Positions 1-12,357 of a DNA stretch of 39,893 nucleotides are shown one piece after another (the stretch's first letter is position 1; every line of letters begins with the position of its first letter). The notes under the pieces are model-generated. The model searched no databases and was not told the origin of the DNA. It saw only the letters and a program-made list of their open reading frames with translations. Source of the stretch: Nemertoderma westbladi. Its lineage: Eukaryota > Animalia > Xenacoelomorpha. The translations under genes and the position numbers were made by a program. Location: NCBI GenBank assembly GCA_032718475.1, contig JAUCBJ010001460.1, forward strand, positions 1 through 39,893, written 5' to 3'.

Positions 1-380
1 TCATTAGCAAAAATATTTTTGGTTTTTAACAGGTTATTTTAGATTTAAATAACATAATTTGTTAAAGGTGAAATTTATTCGAACTTTTTACTTTACTTTC
101 ACTACCACATTGAATTGCCGCATGTGTTGTATTGGCCACACGGTATCAAAGAGTGAGGATTATTGCAAATAAATATTTATAGTTACCTAATTAGCATTTA
201 TCTTTTGTTTTAAATTTAAATCTATGTAATAATTATGTACCAAGTGGCACGGTAAGGTTCGACCTTTTCGGTTTCATACAGACAACACAGCCATAGACTC
301 AAAAAAATTGCATCCTGTTATAGAAATTGAAGTAATCGGGCAGCATCTAACGTGAGAAAATCATAAAAATGGGGTGTAAA

Positions 381-543
381 CGCTACGCCGTCAACCAATT
401 TATGTTATTTATTAATTGAGGGAAAGAAACAGGTTACAGTGGAAGTTTATTCTAACCAAAACAATACACGAGAGTAACGAACTTAGGTTACATTTTAATA
501 TTTGCTGTTGTTGGCAGTGGTTGTCGCTTGTCGGCGTAGCATG
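381..543. repeat. Small MITE-like dispersed repeat, copy 1 (partner at 7626-7744)
   Basis: Ends GCTACGCCG...CGGCGTAGC are inverted. The internal 405-470 segment is a near reverse complement of 7626-7700 (TATTGTTTTGGTTAGAATAA.CTTCCACTGTAACC). Confidence 0.5.
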
Positions 544-668
544 TACACACTAAAAATGGACATGTTATTGGCTGCCTTTATATGGCTTACTGGACATGTC
601 AGATGGCAGTATATAAATATAATATTGCTTTTCCACAGTACCCTCTAAATGTGGCAGGCCCGTATAGG

Positions 669-1112
669 ATAGGGCCTATGTTCTCAAAGGGTTAACTTTA
701 TAATGAACTTATGTTTAATATTTTCAGACGCAACAACAGGTGGTCCCACATCTTGAGGCCCAGGACCACATAAACAGGGAGGTTCAACAGTATGGAGATA
801 GAGGGTGGTACATCCTCGACTGGGGAAAGTCAGGGTGACGAAAGTGGGAAACGTCGAGGGTGTGCCAGAAGCCGCTCGCCTTCACATCGCCCGCATTGTT
901 CCCGCAGACCCTCTCTACAACTTTAATGTTTACGTGGTCGGGGCTGGGGCTGGGGGAGTGCCTGGGGGTGAAGGCATTGCAGGGGCAGGGGTCGGGGCTT
1001 GTGCTGGGGGTGGGGCCGGGGCTGGGGCCATGGCCGGGGGCGGGGCAGGGGTGGGGCCAGCAGGGCCGGGGTGGGGCCAGAGGCAGGGACGGGGGCGGGG
1101 CCAGTGGTGGAG
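669..1112 (+). repeat. ~440-bp direct duplication, copy 1 (copy 2 at 2125-2555)
   Basis: Near-identical sequence from ATAGGGCCTA(T/C)GTTCTCAAAGGG to CCAGTGGTGGAG at both sites. Confidence 0.95.
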
Positions 1113-1134
1113 CCGGGGGCGGAGCCATGGATGA
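728..1134 (+). pseudogene. Terminal exon of unknown OB-fold-like gene family, frameshifted copy, with Gly/Ala-rich tail
   Basis: TTTTCAG acceptor at 721-727. Translates ...QQYGDRGWYILDWGKS then (frameshift) VEGVPEAARLHIARIVP, matching the C-terminus of ORF 25778-26791 and the 8279-7858 exon. Confidence 0.6.
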
Positions 1135-2120
1135 AAATGGATGATAAAAAGCCATGGATGACCTCTGGAATAATTAAATCATGAATATAAAAAAATAGTA
1201 TGTACGCAGCTCTATCAAAAAACCAAACTGATGAAAAACTTAACGAATATAACAAATACTGTAATAAATTCACAAAAATCATAAAATTAGCCGAAAGAAC
1301 ATATTATGCAAATGAATTTGAGAAAAACAAGAACAACATGCGAAAAACATGGACTACTATAAACTCAGCGTTACACCGAACAAAAACGAAAACGTCACCT
1401 AAGAAACTAATTTTAACGGACAATAACGGTAATGAACATGAGACTACTGATACCAAGGAGATTTGCAGTGTATTTAATAACCACTTTGCTACAATAGGAT
1501 CTCGATTTGCACAAGACATACCTACTACAACCAATAACCCAACACGTTACATAAATCATAAAAAACCCAACTCGTTTTCACTTGTTCAAACCTCAAACGC
1601 TGAAACCATTTACAATATATTACATCTTAACTCCTCTACCGCAACATACGATAGCTTTCCTATAACCATAGTTAAAGTAGCAGCACGATATCGAACCCCA
1701 TCTAACATATCTTATAAATTTCTCTATTAAAACCGGTTCATTCCCCACCACTCTTAAATCAGCCAAAATTACACCAATCAAAGTCCGGCGACCCATCTGA
1801 TAAAAATAATTACAGGCCAATCTCATTACTGTCTGTTTTCAGCAAAATATTTGAACGCGTAATAAATTCCCAATTAATTTCTTATTTAGACAAGTACTCT
1901 ATACTCTCACAGTATCAATACGATTCAGAAAACACTCCACAACAACAGACGCCCTACTGACTGTAACTGAAAGACTACAAAATATTCTAGAACTGCAAGA
2001 ATCGGCCTTTTTGATATCATTAGATCTTAAAAAGGCATTCGATACTTTACAACACAATATTCTTCTAAACAAACTGCACACATATGGCATACGAGGCATT
2101 ACAAACAAACTGCTCACTAG
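1132..2120 (+). mobile_element. CR1/L2-clade non-LTR retrotransposon ORF2 fragment (tether plus N-terminal half of RT), degraded
   Basis: KPWMTSGIIKS, YY..F...K.NMRKTW..IN, AKITPI, NYRPISLLSVFSKIFER, LDLKKAFDTL.H.ILL.KL..YGIRG, with stops and frameshifts. Confidence 0.9.
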
Positions 2121-2124
2121 CTTT

Positions 2125-2555
2125 ATAGGGCCTACGTTCTCAAAGGGTTAACTTTATAATGAACTTATGTTTAATATTTTCAGACGCAACAAAAGGTGGT
2201 CCCACATCTTGAGGCCCAGGACCACATAAACAGGGAGGTTCAACAGTATGGAGATAGAGGGTGTTACATCCTCGACTGGGGAAAGTCAGGCTCCACCGTC
2301 GAGGGTGTGCCAGAAGCCGCTCGCCTTCACATCGCCCGCATTGTTCCCGCAGACCCTCTCTACAACTTTAATGTTTATGTGGTCGGGGCTGGGGCTGGGG
2401 GAGTGCCTGGGGGTGAAGGCATTGCAGGGACAGGGGTCGGGGCTTGTGCTGGGGGTGGGGCCGGGCCTGGGGCCATGGCCGGGGGCGGGGCCAGGGCCGG
2501 GGTGGGGCAGGGGGTGGGGCCAGAGGCAGGGACGGGGGCGGGGCCAGTGGTGGAG
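2125..2555 (+). repeat. ~430-bp direct duplication, copy 2
   Basis: Matches 669-1112, with a short substitution block after AAAGTCAGG and indels in the G-rich tail. Confidence 0.95.
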
Positions 2556-2576
2556 AACAAACGCACCTTTTTATAG
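2184..2576 (+). pseudogene. Terminal exon of unknown OB-fold-like gene family, in-frame orphan copy
   Basis: TTTTCAG acceptor ending at 2183. Reads HLEAQDHINREVQQYGDRGCYILDWGKSGSTVEGVPEAARLHIARIVP; no upstream exons are linked to it. Confidence 0.6.
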
Positions 2577-2792
2577 TAAATTAGTGCTGCCAACAATCTA
2601 GATAAATCTAGATTATTCTATAGGTTCCATCATGTTTTTAAAGATAACTATTGGTCCAGCAAACGCATAACTTGCACGACATTGGTTACTGACAAATAAC
2701 TGCAATCATATTGGTTAATCTACCTTGAGCAGATACAATTCAATCGTAGCGGTCAATTCAAATAAGTTGAAAATTAGCACAAAAAACAATTT

Positions 2793-2862
2793 ACACCTGC
2801 TAGGATTTGAACTCGATACCTACCAAACGATTGTCTAACGCATAACCAACTGAGCTAGGGCT
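2793..2862 (-). other. tRNA-derived pseudogene or SINE head with Pol III promoter boxes
   Basis: Minus strand has A box TAGCTCAGTTGG, B box GAGTTCAAATCC and a T6 run just downstream. The acceptor and anticodon stems pair poorly. Confidence 0.55.
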
Positions 2863-4610
2863 GGGGTAAAACAGCGGAAAAATTACGCGGAAAAATGACC
2901 AGAGAGGGAGGAAAAACGCAGAGAGAAAGGAAAAACGCAATAATGTATTTTTGTGCCATACATACTGTAATTTTATTAGAATTTTTATACAGTTTTGTAA
3001 ATAATGAAACATCAATATTAATATTATATGAGAACATGTAGTATACATAATATAGAGCATTGTTGTACATTATAGATTAACTTAAACAAATTTAACTTAT
3101 TCAACAAATAATTCAGCTCCTTTTAGTGTCGTTATATTGTTCCAAAATCGATTTATTATCAATGTAAGGACACCACCACATATGGCAGATCGCAGATGGG
3201 TCGTGTCCCCTCAAAATATATTTTTATGAACGAAGCCGTCAGGTATTTTATTGAAGTTTGCAATGTATTTATAGCAGTTAGGGTATCTTCGTTTGTCTCT
3301 TATTGGCTCTCATCTATACCTCAAGGTCATAAGGTGTAGTCATTTGGGAGCAGCCTATTATATCTAATAATATAATACCACCAACCTCAACTATTGGATC
3401 TAATTTACTAAAATATCTTTAGTAAACAATTATCCTTTACGTCTAGCTATCAACGTAGGCTACTCTACTCCTTAAGGCAAGGCTATGTTTATCTAAAAAA
3501 TCCATTAGTTTTCAGGGCCAACAATATGGATCTCTGTCCCCTCTGCTGCCGTAAAACATAAAAAATCTAAAATACAGTACCCTTTTCGAAACACTTTAAA
3601 CGTCACCTTCTAATAATATTAAAGTACATTTTAATCAATCAACCAAACATACATCTTACAAATTTTCCATAACCTTTTCAATCCAATATTTTATATTTTA
3701 TTTATTTCATAACCCGACTCATTAGTTTAGTTTTATATACCTGGAACAGCATCGGAACAACAGTGAAACTATAGAAATGTGCAGGTGATTAACGTAGAAT
3801 AATTAATTATTTGTGTATTAACAGTAATAATCTCACACCTCACAATTCACATAATAGTAATACCCCCCCCCCCCCCCCCCCCCTTTTTTCACGCACTGCA
3901 CACCACCCCTACCTGCCCGGCACTCCCAGACAATACATTGGGCTATAATACTAGCCATGCCATTGTCCAAAGTATTATTGTAACTTAACTTTTAATATTG
4001 TAATTATACAATATACTGTATATCTTACTCTATATGTGCAATGTGAGTATCGGATTACACAATTAAACAATAAAATGTAAACAATTGTCTTCTTTAGTCT
4101 AAAATTCGCAACTGTTCGGTGGTCCACCCACACGAGCAAGACCATGTACTACAGTACATGCACGTGTTGCACATGATGGGCGTACTTGACTGCGGGATTG
4201 CTGGAAATCCCCCCCCCCCCCTCCCCCCGCCCCGATATATGGCAGTCCTCCCCGTTTGCTAATTCCCGTATCAAAACACGGTACCCGTGGATGCATTTGA
4301 AGTCATGACACATTATTGAAAGTTTATTATTTTAGTCATAAGTATAGACAACTATATAATTTATTTGTCTGAACCACTTGAACAATGTTGTACAAATAGC
4401 TATACCAAATGCAAATGAGAACTTAATGTAATCTTTATAACACATGAACCTAACAAATAATGCAAATTAATTCCAACTAAATAAAATTTTGAAATTTCAC
4501 GGCTTTTGTGAGGATATAATTCTATATTCGGAGTTTACAAAGAATCCTGTTTTACATCCATGGTCTCTGTATGCTTTCGTATACGGGTTTCCTGGTGACG
4601 CCAAGAGTAA

Positions 4611-6002
4611 GGTAAGTTCAATGAACACAAAGCAGTCAGAGGTAAGTTAAATGGACACAACGCAGTCAGAGGTAGGTTCAATCAACACAACGCAGTCAGA
4701 GGTAGGTTCAATCAGCACAACGCAGTCAGAGGTAGGTTCAATCAACACAACGCAGTCAGAGGTAGGTTCAATCAGCACAACGCAGTCAGAGGTAGGTTTA
4801 ATCAACACAACGCAGTCAGGGGTAGGTTTAATCAACACAACGCAGTCAGGGGTAGGTTCAATCAACACAAAGCAGTCAGAGGTAAGTTCAATCAACACAA
4901 CGCAGTCAGGGGTAGGTTTAATCAACACAACGCAGTCAGGGGTAGGTTCAATCAACACAAAGCAGTCAGAGGTAAGTTCAATCAACACAACGCATTCAGG
5001 GGTAGGTTCAATCAACACAAAGCAGTCCGATGTAAGTTCAATGGAGTCAACACAGTCAGAGGTAGGTTCAATCAACACAACGCAGTCAGAGGTAAGTTCA
5101 ATCAACACAACACAGTCAGAGATAAGTTCAATCAACACAATGCAGTCAGAGGTAAGTTCAATGGACATAACGCGGTCAGAGGTAAGTTCAATGAACACAA
5201 CGCAGTTAGAGGTAAGTTCAATGGACACAACGCAGTCAGAGGTAAGTTAAATGGACACAACGCAGTCAGAGGTAAGTTAAATGGACACAACGCAGTCAGA
5301 GGTAAATTCAATGGAGTCAATGTAGTCAGAGGTAAGTTCAATGGACATAACGCGGTCAGAGGTAAGTTCAATGAACACAACGCAGTCAGAGGTAAGTTAA
5401 ATGGACACAAAACAGTCAGAGGTATGTTAAATGGACACAACGCAGTCAGAGGTAAGTTAAATGGACACAACGCAGTCAGAGGTAAGTTAAATGGACACAA
5501 CGCAGTTAGAGGTAAATTCAATGGAGTCAATGTAGTCAGAGGTAAGTTCAATCAACACAACGCAGTTAAAGGTAAGTTCAATGAACACAACGCAGTCAGA
5601 GGTAAGTTAAATGGACACAACGCAGTCAGAGGTAAATTCAATGGAGTCAATGTAGTCAGAGATAAGTTCAATCAACACAACGCAGTTAAAGGTAAGTTCA
5701 ATGGACACAATGCGGTCAGAGGTAAGTTAAATGGACACAAAACAGTCAGAGGTAAGTTAAATGGACACAACGCAGTTAAAGGTAAGTTCAATGAACACAA
5801 CGCAGTCAGAGGTAAGTTAAATGGACACAACGCAGTCAGAGGTAAATTCAATGGAGTCAATGTAGTCAGAGATAAGTTCAATCAACACAACGTAGTTAAA
5901 GGTAAGTTCAATGGACACAACGCGGTCAGAGGTAAGTTCATGTTCAATGAACACAACGCAGTTAGAGGTAAGTTCAATGGACACAACGCGGTCAGAGGTA
6001 GG
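4611..6002. repeat. 30-bp tandem minisatellite, ~46 units
   Basis: Consensus ATGGACACAACGCAGTCAGAGGTAAGTTCA (left-side variant ATCAACAC...GGTAGGTT) in strict 30-nt register; no spacers. Confidence 0.97.
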
Positions 6003-6658
6003 TTAGAGATTGAGAATTAGAAAAAAATTAGAGATTGAGATTATTTATTGAGGACATTTTGACAATGGAATTATAATAATCGAACACACTTTGAAGCCAC
6101 TACTTCATACAGCATACCAAAAGTGCCCCTTGAAGCCCAGCGGTCTTTACTACACTGCCTTCCCCTAGTGCAATATGCGCGATGTTCTCAAGATGGCGAT
6201 AATACAGTACGGTATAGCTATACCGTTTACGTATATAATATATTATTTCATTCATTTTATTGGGATACTAGTGCGATAGTTGACAGGTAGAGTGTGTTGG
6301 TCAACCAGTTTCATGGAATTTTCTACCGTTCGTTTAATTATGTTCTTGCTACCGTAGCTGAAATTAGTTTGCTATATTTTTTATTTACAGTAATTTAATT
6401 TTTATTAACTTTTATCTTAGAATAATTGTAGGATATTTCTTTTATATTTTTATCTATTCTGCAGTGGTTACATACAGACATATCATGTGTCAGCTAGAAT
6501 ATATTAATTTGCAGTATAGTGTCTTTGTCTAGTACCTCCGTTAACTTAAATTTAATAGTACAGTGATAATAAATATAGTTGTGGTTGTATTGGGAATGTC
6601 TAGCATTCGGTTCAGTTAATAATTTGTTTTAGAAGTGTGCCTGTCTCTGTCAACACCT

Positions 6659-6810
6659 GAGTTACATGTAGTAACTATAGACTACTGTATGGCCCTTTGC
6701 GTAGTACACACTTATATGTAATAACTGTAGACACTGTTTGGTCCTTCTCGCAGCACGTGAGTTACATGTAGAACTGTAGACTACTCTATGGCCCTTCGCG
6801 CAGGACGTGA
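6659..6810. repeat. Short degenerate tandem repeat, ~50 bp x3
   Basis: GAGTTACATGTAG(TA)ACTGTAGACTACT.TATGGCCCTT recurs. Confidence 0.6.
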
Positions 6811-6948
6811 TTCAGGCTGTTGATTTTTCTGTACTTATATAGGCCGAGATTTATCAATTATTAACTGTATTACTGTACTTCGTATACTTTATCAATTATT
6901 AACTGTATTACTTCGTATACTTCGTATTTAATTGTATTTGCTGAGTTA

Positions 6949-7368
6949 ATGATGGAAAATTCGATAGGCCTATGCAATCCCTACTATCCCTACCCATACC
7001 CGTATCTGTACCCGTCTCCTTCATACCCACCTCATTCGTTCCTGTCTCCTTCGTACCCGTATCCCCCCAACCTGCATCCTCCCAACCTTCATACTCCTAA
7101 CCCCCCTACTCCCTATCCCCATACTCCTAACCCCCCTACTCCCTATCCCCATACTCCTAACCCCCATACTCCCAACACCCATACTTCCAACCCTCATACT
7201 CCCAAGCCCAACCCTAAATCTAAAACGAACAAACGGATTAAAAAACGGAAGGAAAACAAGGAAAAGATATCAGCCAAGGCCAACCAGCATCCATTCCTCC
7301 ATCCCCATGCTATTGCCACCCTGGCACCACCCGGGCACCAAAGTCTTCCCCCATTCGGTTGTCGGTAA
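6949..7368 (+). other. Pro/His-rich low-complexity ORF with basic stretch; coding status uncertain
   Basis: 15/30-nt CCCCATACTCCTAAC-type repeats followed by KRIKKRKENKEK; no recognisable domain. Confidence 0.25.
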
Positions 7369-7625
7369 ACTGAATGCCGTGAATTACCTTTACCGAAAGA
7401 CTCCAGTGCTTTGGTCATTGTTAACGTATGTATAATAAACTCACGTCACTTCCTCACGGTTGTAGTGCGTTAGGAAATGTTCCTTTAGATTAGATTTAAA
7501 TGAGTTTGGATTTGTTGATAGCTTCCTTATTATATTAATTGGCAAAGTATTTCATAATTTAACGCTCTGAATGATGAAACTGTAATGTCCGTGTTTGTTT
7601 GTAAAAAATTAAAACTAATTAAAAC

Positions 7626-7744
7626 CGTTTATTGTTTTGGTTAGAATAACCTTCCACTGTAACCGGTTCCTTTCCTTCAATTAATAAATAACATTAATTA
7701 GGTTTAATAATGGTTGTCGGTTGTCGGTAGTCGGCGTAGCCATG
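7626..7744. repeat. MITE-like dispersed repeat, copy 2 (inverted relative to copy 1)
   Basis: Reverse complement of 405-470, and ends in GTCGGCGTAGC as at 530-540. Confidence 0.5.
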
Positions 7745-7857
7745 CTTCTTAATTTAATTAAAATAATAATTTAAGTTTGGCCTTTGTCGATACCCCTATA
7801 AGCATTTGACGTCTATTTTTACACCTCAACAGGTATGTGGACGTCATTTTACGTCAA

Positions 7858-9173
7858 TTATGTTTGTTGCAAGAACTCAAAAGTCCCCATCTCCGCCCGC
7901 GACTCCTGCCCCGTCTCGGCCCGCGACTCCGCCTGCGACTCTGCCCTGTCTCTGCCCGCGACTCCGCCCGCGACTCTGTTTGCGACTCTGTTCGCGACTC
8001 TGTTCGCGAGTCTGTCCGCGAATCCGCCCTCGACACCACCCGCGACTCTGCCCGCAACACTGCCCCCGACGTTCCCACCAAACAGATCAAAGATATGGTC
8101 GTCGTGCTGTGGTATAACACGTGTAACATGGAGGCGGGCTGGCTCCAGCACCCCATTGGGAGTGGCAGCGGACTTAGCCCACCCAAATACCCACCACCCC
8201 CGATCTCCGTAGGATAGGCCTCTAGCTGATGCTGGACGAAGTCACAGACCTCGTATTCGTCCACTGATAGATTTTTCGACTGAAAATTTAAATAATATTT
8301 AAAATAAAAATATTTAAAGTAAATTTGTAATCTAAATTATCCCATTATTACGTTTTAATAATAATATAGCCATTATTATGTTTTAATAATAATATAGCCA
8401 TTATTACGTTTTAATAATAATATAGCCATTATTACGTTTTTTGCATATTGCGAAAATTAATAAAATGTCAATAATTATATTATTTTTAATGTAACAATTT
8501 TTTCACGAGAATGTCGTATTTTTTAAGCAACTAATTGACTGGAACCCCAAATTAGATGATTTCACACCAAAAATTTTTTTTAGCACAAAATATATTTTTT
8601 GTAGCACCAATTTACATCCCCCAATTTTGAATATTTCTCACCAAAAAGCATTTAATTATTTTGGTGTTGAATAATTGTTTTTGGTATGACTTTAATTGGT
8701 AGCCTATTTTTTATATCTTACAAACGTGGTGTTCTTCAATTTATTATTGCTACTATCAATTAATTAAAAAGTACAATAGTGTAAGTACTGTATGTAAATG
8801 ATTAGTTAAGGTTTTCTATATTTTTTAATTAGCAAATTTTATTATCAATTTGAATATTAAAATGCCTACCCCTTGTTGATGTCTATTCAGAAACATCGCG
8901 GTAAAATACCGCAATGAAAATGGGTGGGGCTCCACCTTCTTATTCTCCGCATCCCAAATCGCTGGCAGGCGGATGTCCCCTTAGATAGCGGCCCTTAGAT
9001 GTATCGGACTAAGCTGGGATACTACCGCGGGAAGATGTGTCGTCTCCCCCCCACGGTACCCCGGCTCAAGGATGGCGATGAATGTACCCACGCCGATCCC
9101 GTTCTCGAAGAACCTCTCTGAATCGGCGTGGGTCGGGAATAGCATACTAAACGTCTCATTAGAACACATATCG
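7858..9173 (-). pseudogene. Intron-containing pseudogene of the unknown OB-fold-like family (exons ~9173-8870 and 8279-7858)
   Basis: Exon A DMCSNETFSMLF...GIGVGTFIAILEP aligns with DLAESRCFVMFM...FTIGSVIAIKEP of ORF 25778. Exon B YGDRGWWVFGWAKS...LEPARLHVTRVIP aligns with copies 728 and 2184. AG acceptors and a GT donor are present; there is an in-frame TAA at 8981, a 5-nt frameshift near 8213 and a 12-bp-repeat tail at ~7900-8070. Confidence 0.65.
8342..8440. repeat. 28-bp AT-rich tandem repeat x3.5
   Basis: CCATTATTACGTTTTAATAATAATATAG repeats at 8342, 8370, 8398 and 8426. Confidence 0.9.
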
Positions 9174-9201
9174 CTAAAAATAATTATTAAAATATAATAT
9201 A

Positions 9202-12200
9202 GTCGGCTTCATGCGAAAAGGTCGTATCCAAATTTTTTGTGAAATTTGGGTTATGTGCTTATATGACACTAGAGGGCGTAATGCATATACTGTAGAAACG
9301 TCAAATTGATTGGCCAATCAGATATCGAGTTATAGACTTTAATCTAAATGTCTTATCTAAAAAACGTTTGTGCGAAAATGATGTATCTAAAAAGTATTCC
9401 AGTTCAATGCTGAATAATAGACAGAAGTAACCAATAATAATATAAAATATAGTTATATGCGAAAAGGTCGTATATTATATGACTTTTAATTGGACAATAA
9501 GAGGTTCTACAACATAATCAGTCAGTGTGGGTAATTTAAAACAATACTTATAACTGCAATTAACACTACAGTAGTGCATGCTACCGGTACACGTGATTAT
9601 ATTTTTAGGAATGTACGTCCCATACAGAGTACTTTCTATTTGTATTTTATCATCACAGCATAATGGACGAAAGGAACACGGTTCCCAAGGAACTAATAGA
9701 TCTGCTTACTATAGATCTTAATGATTTAGTCGAAGAAGTTATAGTAGATTCTACATCTGCAGCCCTTAGTTATTGTGATACAAATGAAACAGGCGGTTCG
9801 GTATTTCCTGGTTTTCATTCGGATTCAGATGACTGTGATAGTGATTATGTACCATCCTCAACCAATGATAACACTGATACAGGCTCTGACTCTGATCCGA
9901 CATGTGCTCGTACCGGTACCAAGATAAAAAATACACTGGAATCTGAGGAGAATATTAATAAGAAGCAAATCACTGTTGAGTCAACTGTATTGAAGAAATG
10001 CAAACGCTGCATAAAGGGGAGGCCAGAATTTTGGCGGCGAAATATAACAAAGAAAAAACGGTTGCTTGGAGAAGAATATGTAAACCAAAAGGGCGGAATA
10101 TCCAAACCCAGGCAGATTCGAGATGGTTGTGGCTGCAGGTTTAAACGTGGACAAAAAAGAGGCATTCAATGCGAGTCAAGCATTTTTTCTGATGTCGACA
10201 GGAATAAATTGTTTGAAGCCTTTTGGGGATTACCAACATGGGATTCTAAGAGGGCACATATTCGGGCATTGGTTGGCCTAACTAAAACCAAATCAAATAT
10301 TACTACGCGGAAATCTCGGAGGCTTTCCTATCATTTGAAGAAGGATGATAAAATAGTTCGAGTTTGTAAGAAAATGTTTCTAAGCACATTAGGCATGGGA
10401 GAAAAACAAGTCAGAGGTTGGGTGATGTCTGGTACTGAGTCCAAATCTTCTGTTAGTATGAACCTGCAACATACCAGTACTAGATACAATCAGCGAAACA
10501 CCAACAAGCGTAAGCTTTGCGTGAGGAAACATAATGATATAAAACGAAACAACCATTTAAAACAATGTTTAAAAAGTTTACCAAAAATGGAATCGCACTA
10601 TTGCAGGAAATCCACAAACAAATTTTACTTAGAGCCAACATGGGTGTCTCACGTAGCCCTTCATGAAGAATACACTAAAAGAGCAAAAGAGGATGGAGTT
10701 GATCCGCTTAAAATAGCTAAATTCACGGTTGTATTTCATGAGCTTAATCTAGCTCTTTATCGTCCTCGAAAAGATAGGTGTGATGTGCACGAATCTTATT
10801 TAAAGGGAAACTTGGACAAGGAAACATTTGATCTGCATGAAATAAAATACAAAGCAGCCAAGGCAGAAATGGCTAAAGATTGGGCAGAAAATGCAGTGCC
10901 AAATAGGAATGTTGCCTCAGTAGATATGCAACAGACGCTGCTGTGCCCTTTAACTAAAGCATCGACCATGTACTACAAGATGAAGTTAAAGGTGCATAAT
11001 TGGACGTTTTTTGACGAACACACAGGAGATGTTAATTGTTTTATGTGGGATGAAACTGAGGGGGGAGTTTCCTCCAATGAATTTTCTTCTATTGCAGTTA
11101 AACATTGCAGTAACCTGATCGCGAGCGGCTCCAAAGAAATAATCTTGTGGTCTGATGGTTGCGGGTATCAGAATAGGAATGCAGTAATGAGTAATGCATT
11201 GCTTGGCTTGGCGACAGATCAGGGGGTGTCTATAACTCAAAAGTTCCTGGTATCAGGACATACGGAAATGAAATGTGATTCTGTACATAGTACCATAGGT
11301 CGCGCTGTAGAGAACCTTAATATTTATCTTCCTTCAATGTACTCTCTGCCATGGCACAGTCAGCTAGAAAGGCACCGAAGAATCCTTACCATGTTGAATA
11401 CTTAGACTTCTCTGCATTCAAGTGTTATTCAGAAAGTCTTGTCTATCCATCAGTACGGCCTGGGAAAGTCAAAGGAGACCCATGCGTTACTGATGTCCGC
11501 GCATATATGTACCATAATGGTAAGATACTCTATAAGTTAGATTTTAAGGATGATTGGCGTGAGATACCTTCCCGTTGCCGTACAAGCTTAAATGGTTCTA
11601 ACTCTAAACCCAAACAACTGCATAAATCTAGGGTCCCCATCTCTATGGATAAGTGGGACGATTTACAAGATTTAAAGAAGGTTATACCTCGAGATTCTCA
11701 CTCATTCTATGATGAAATTCCCCACAATAATATCTCGAAGCGAACCCGTTAAAATAACTTTATTGAACTGCTGTACAGTACTGAGTACTGGTAAGCTAAT
11801 TAATAAAGCTAAATAAATAATAATGAAAAGCGAAATAATTATACCTTTTTTTGTTTCTCCCCGAATGGAACTTCATGACACCTTGATAACCCCAATTCCA
11901 TGCATTTTCTGCACTTCTACTAACAGATCAATTAAGTTGCTTCCACAGTTATATACACTCGCATTCGATGTGCCTGCCTAAATGACGTATCTAAGACAAC
12001 TTGTGAGTAAAATCAAGCGCTGAAACGTCGTATCTTTATTATCAAATGGTTGGATTGTTTTTTTTAGGAAACTATGCTGATAGGTAGTATTGCCGTACAA
12101 AATTATGACTGGTGCCCAAATTTTGTTTAAAATTGTATCTTTTTAACTAAACTAAACAGTTTTTTCGCCTTTTCTCAAAACGAAGTTTCTACAACATAAG

Positions 12201-12221
12201 ACGTTTTCGCACGAAGCCGAC
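9202..12221 (+). mobile_element. Sola1-type DNA transposon, ~3.0 kb with terminal inverted repeats
   Basis: Left GTCGGCTTCATGCGAAAAGGTCGTAT and right ATAAGACGTTTTCGCACGAAGCCGAC are imperfect inverted repeats; subterminal TGCGAAAAGGTCGTAT repeat near 9458; encloses a transposase. Confidence 0.85.
9663..11752 (+). pseudogene. Sola1-like DDD transposase with a frameshift near 11345
   Basis: RVCKKMFLSTLG, ESHYCR, PRKDRC, VDMQQTLLCP, YYKMKL, WDE..GG, LWSDGCGYQNRN, GHTEMKCDSVHS; C-terminus continues in ORF 11351-11752 (KWDDLQDL...FY). Confidence 0.85.
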
Positions 12222-12357
12222 GATATTATGATGTAGTTAGTGTAAATTTAACTTTAGCAGGTAACCATATTTGTATTTTTAATAGGATTTAGTTTGAACA
12301 ACACCAAATTAGTAATATAATGTATTAATATACATAAATTAAATTGATGATTGCCTT

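Noticed and set aside
784-1282. Overlapping Pro/Gly-rich ORFs as collagen- or extensin-like genes
   Set aside because: Alternate frames of a G-rich low-complexity tract; only the frame with family motifs is supported.
2793-2862. Functional tRNA gene
   Set aside because: A and B boxes are present but the acceptor and anticodon stems do not pair convincingly.
4611-6002. CRISPR array, or real proteins from ORFs 4647-6020
   Set aside because: Units are contiguous with no unique spacers and no cas genes; the ORFs follow from a 30-nt period on both strands.
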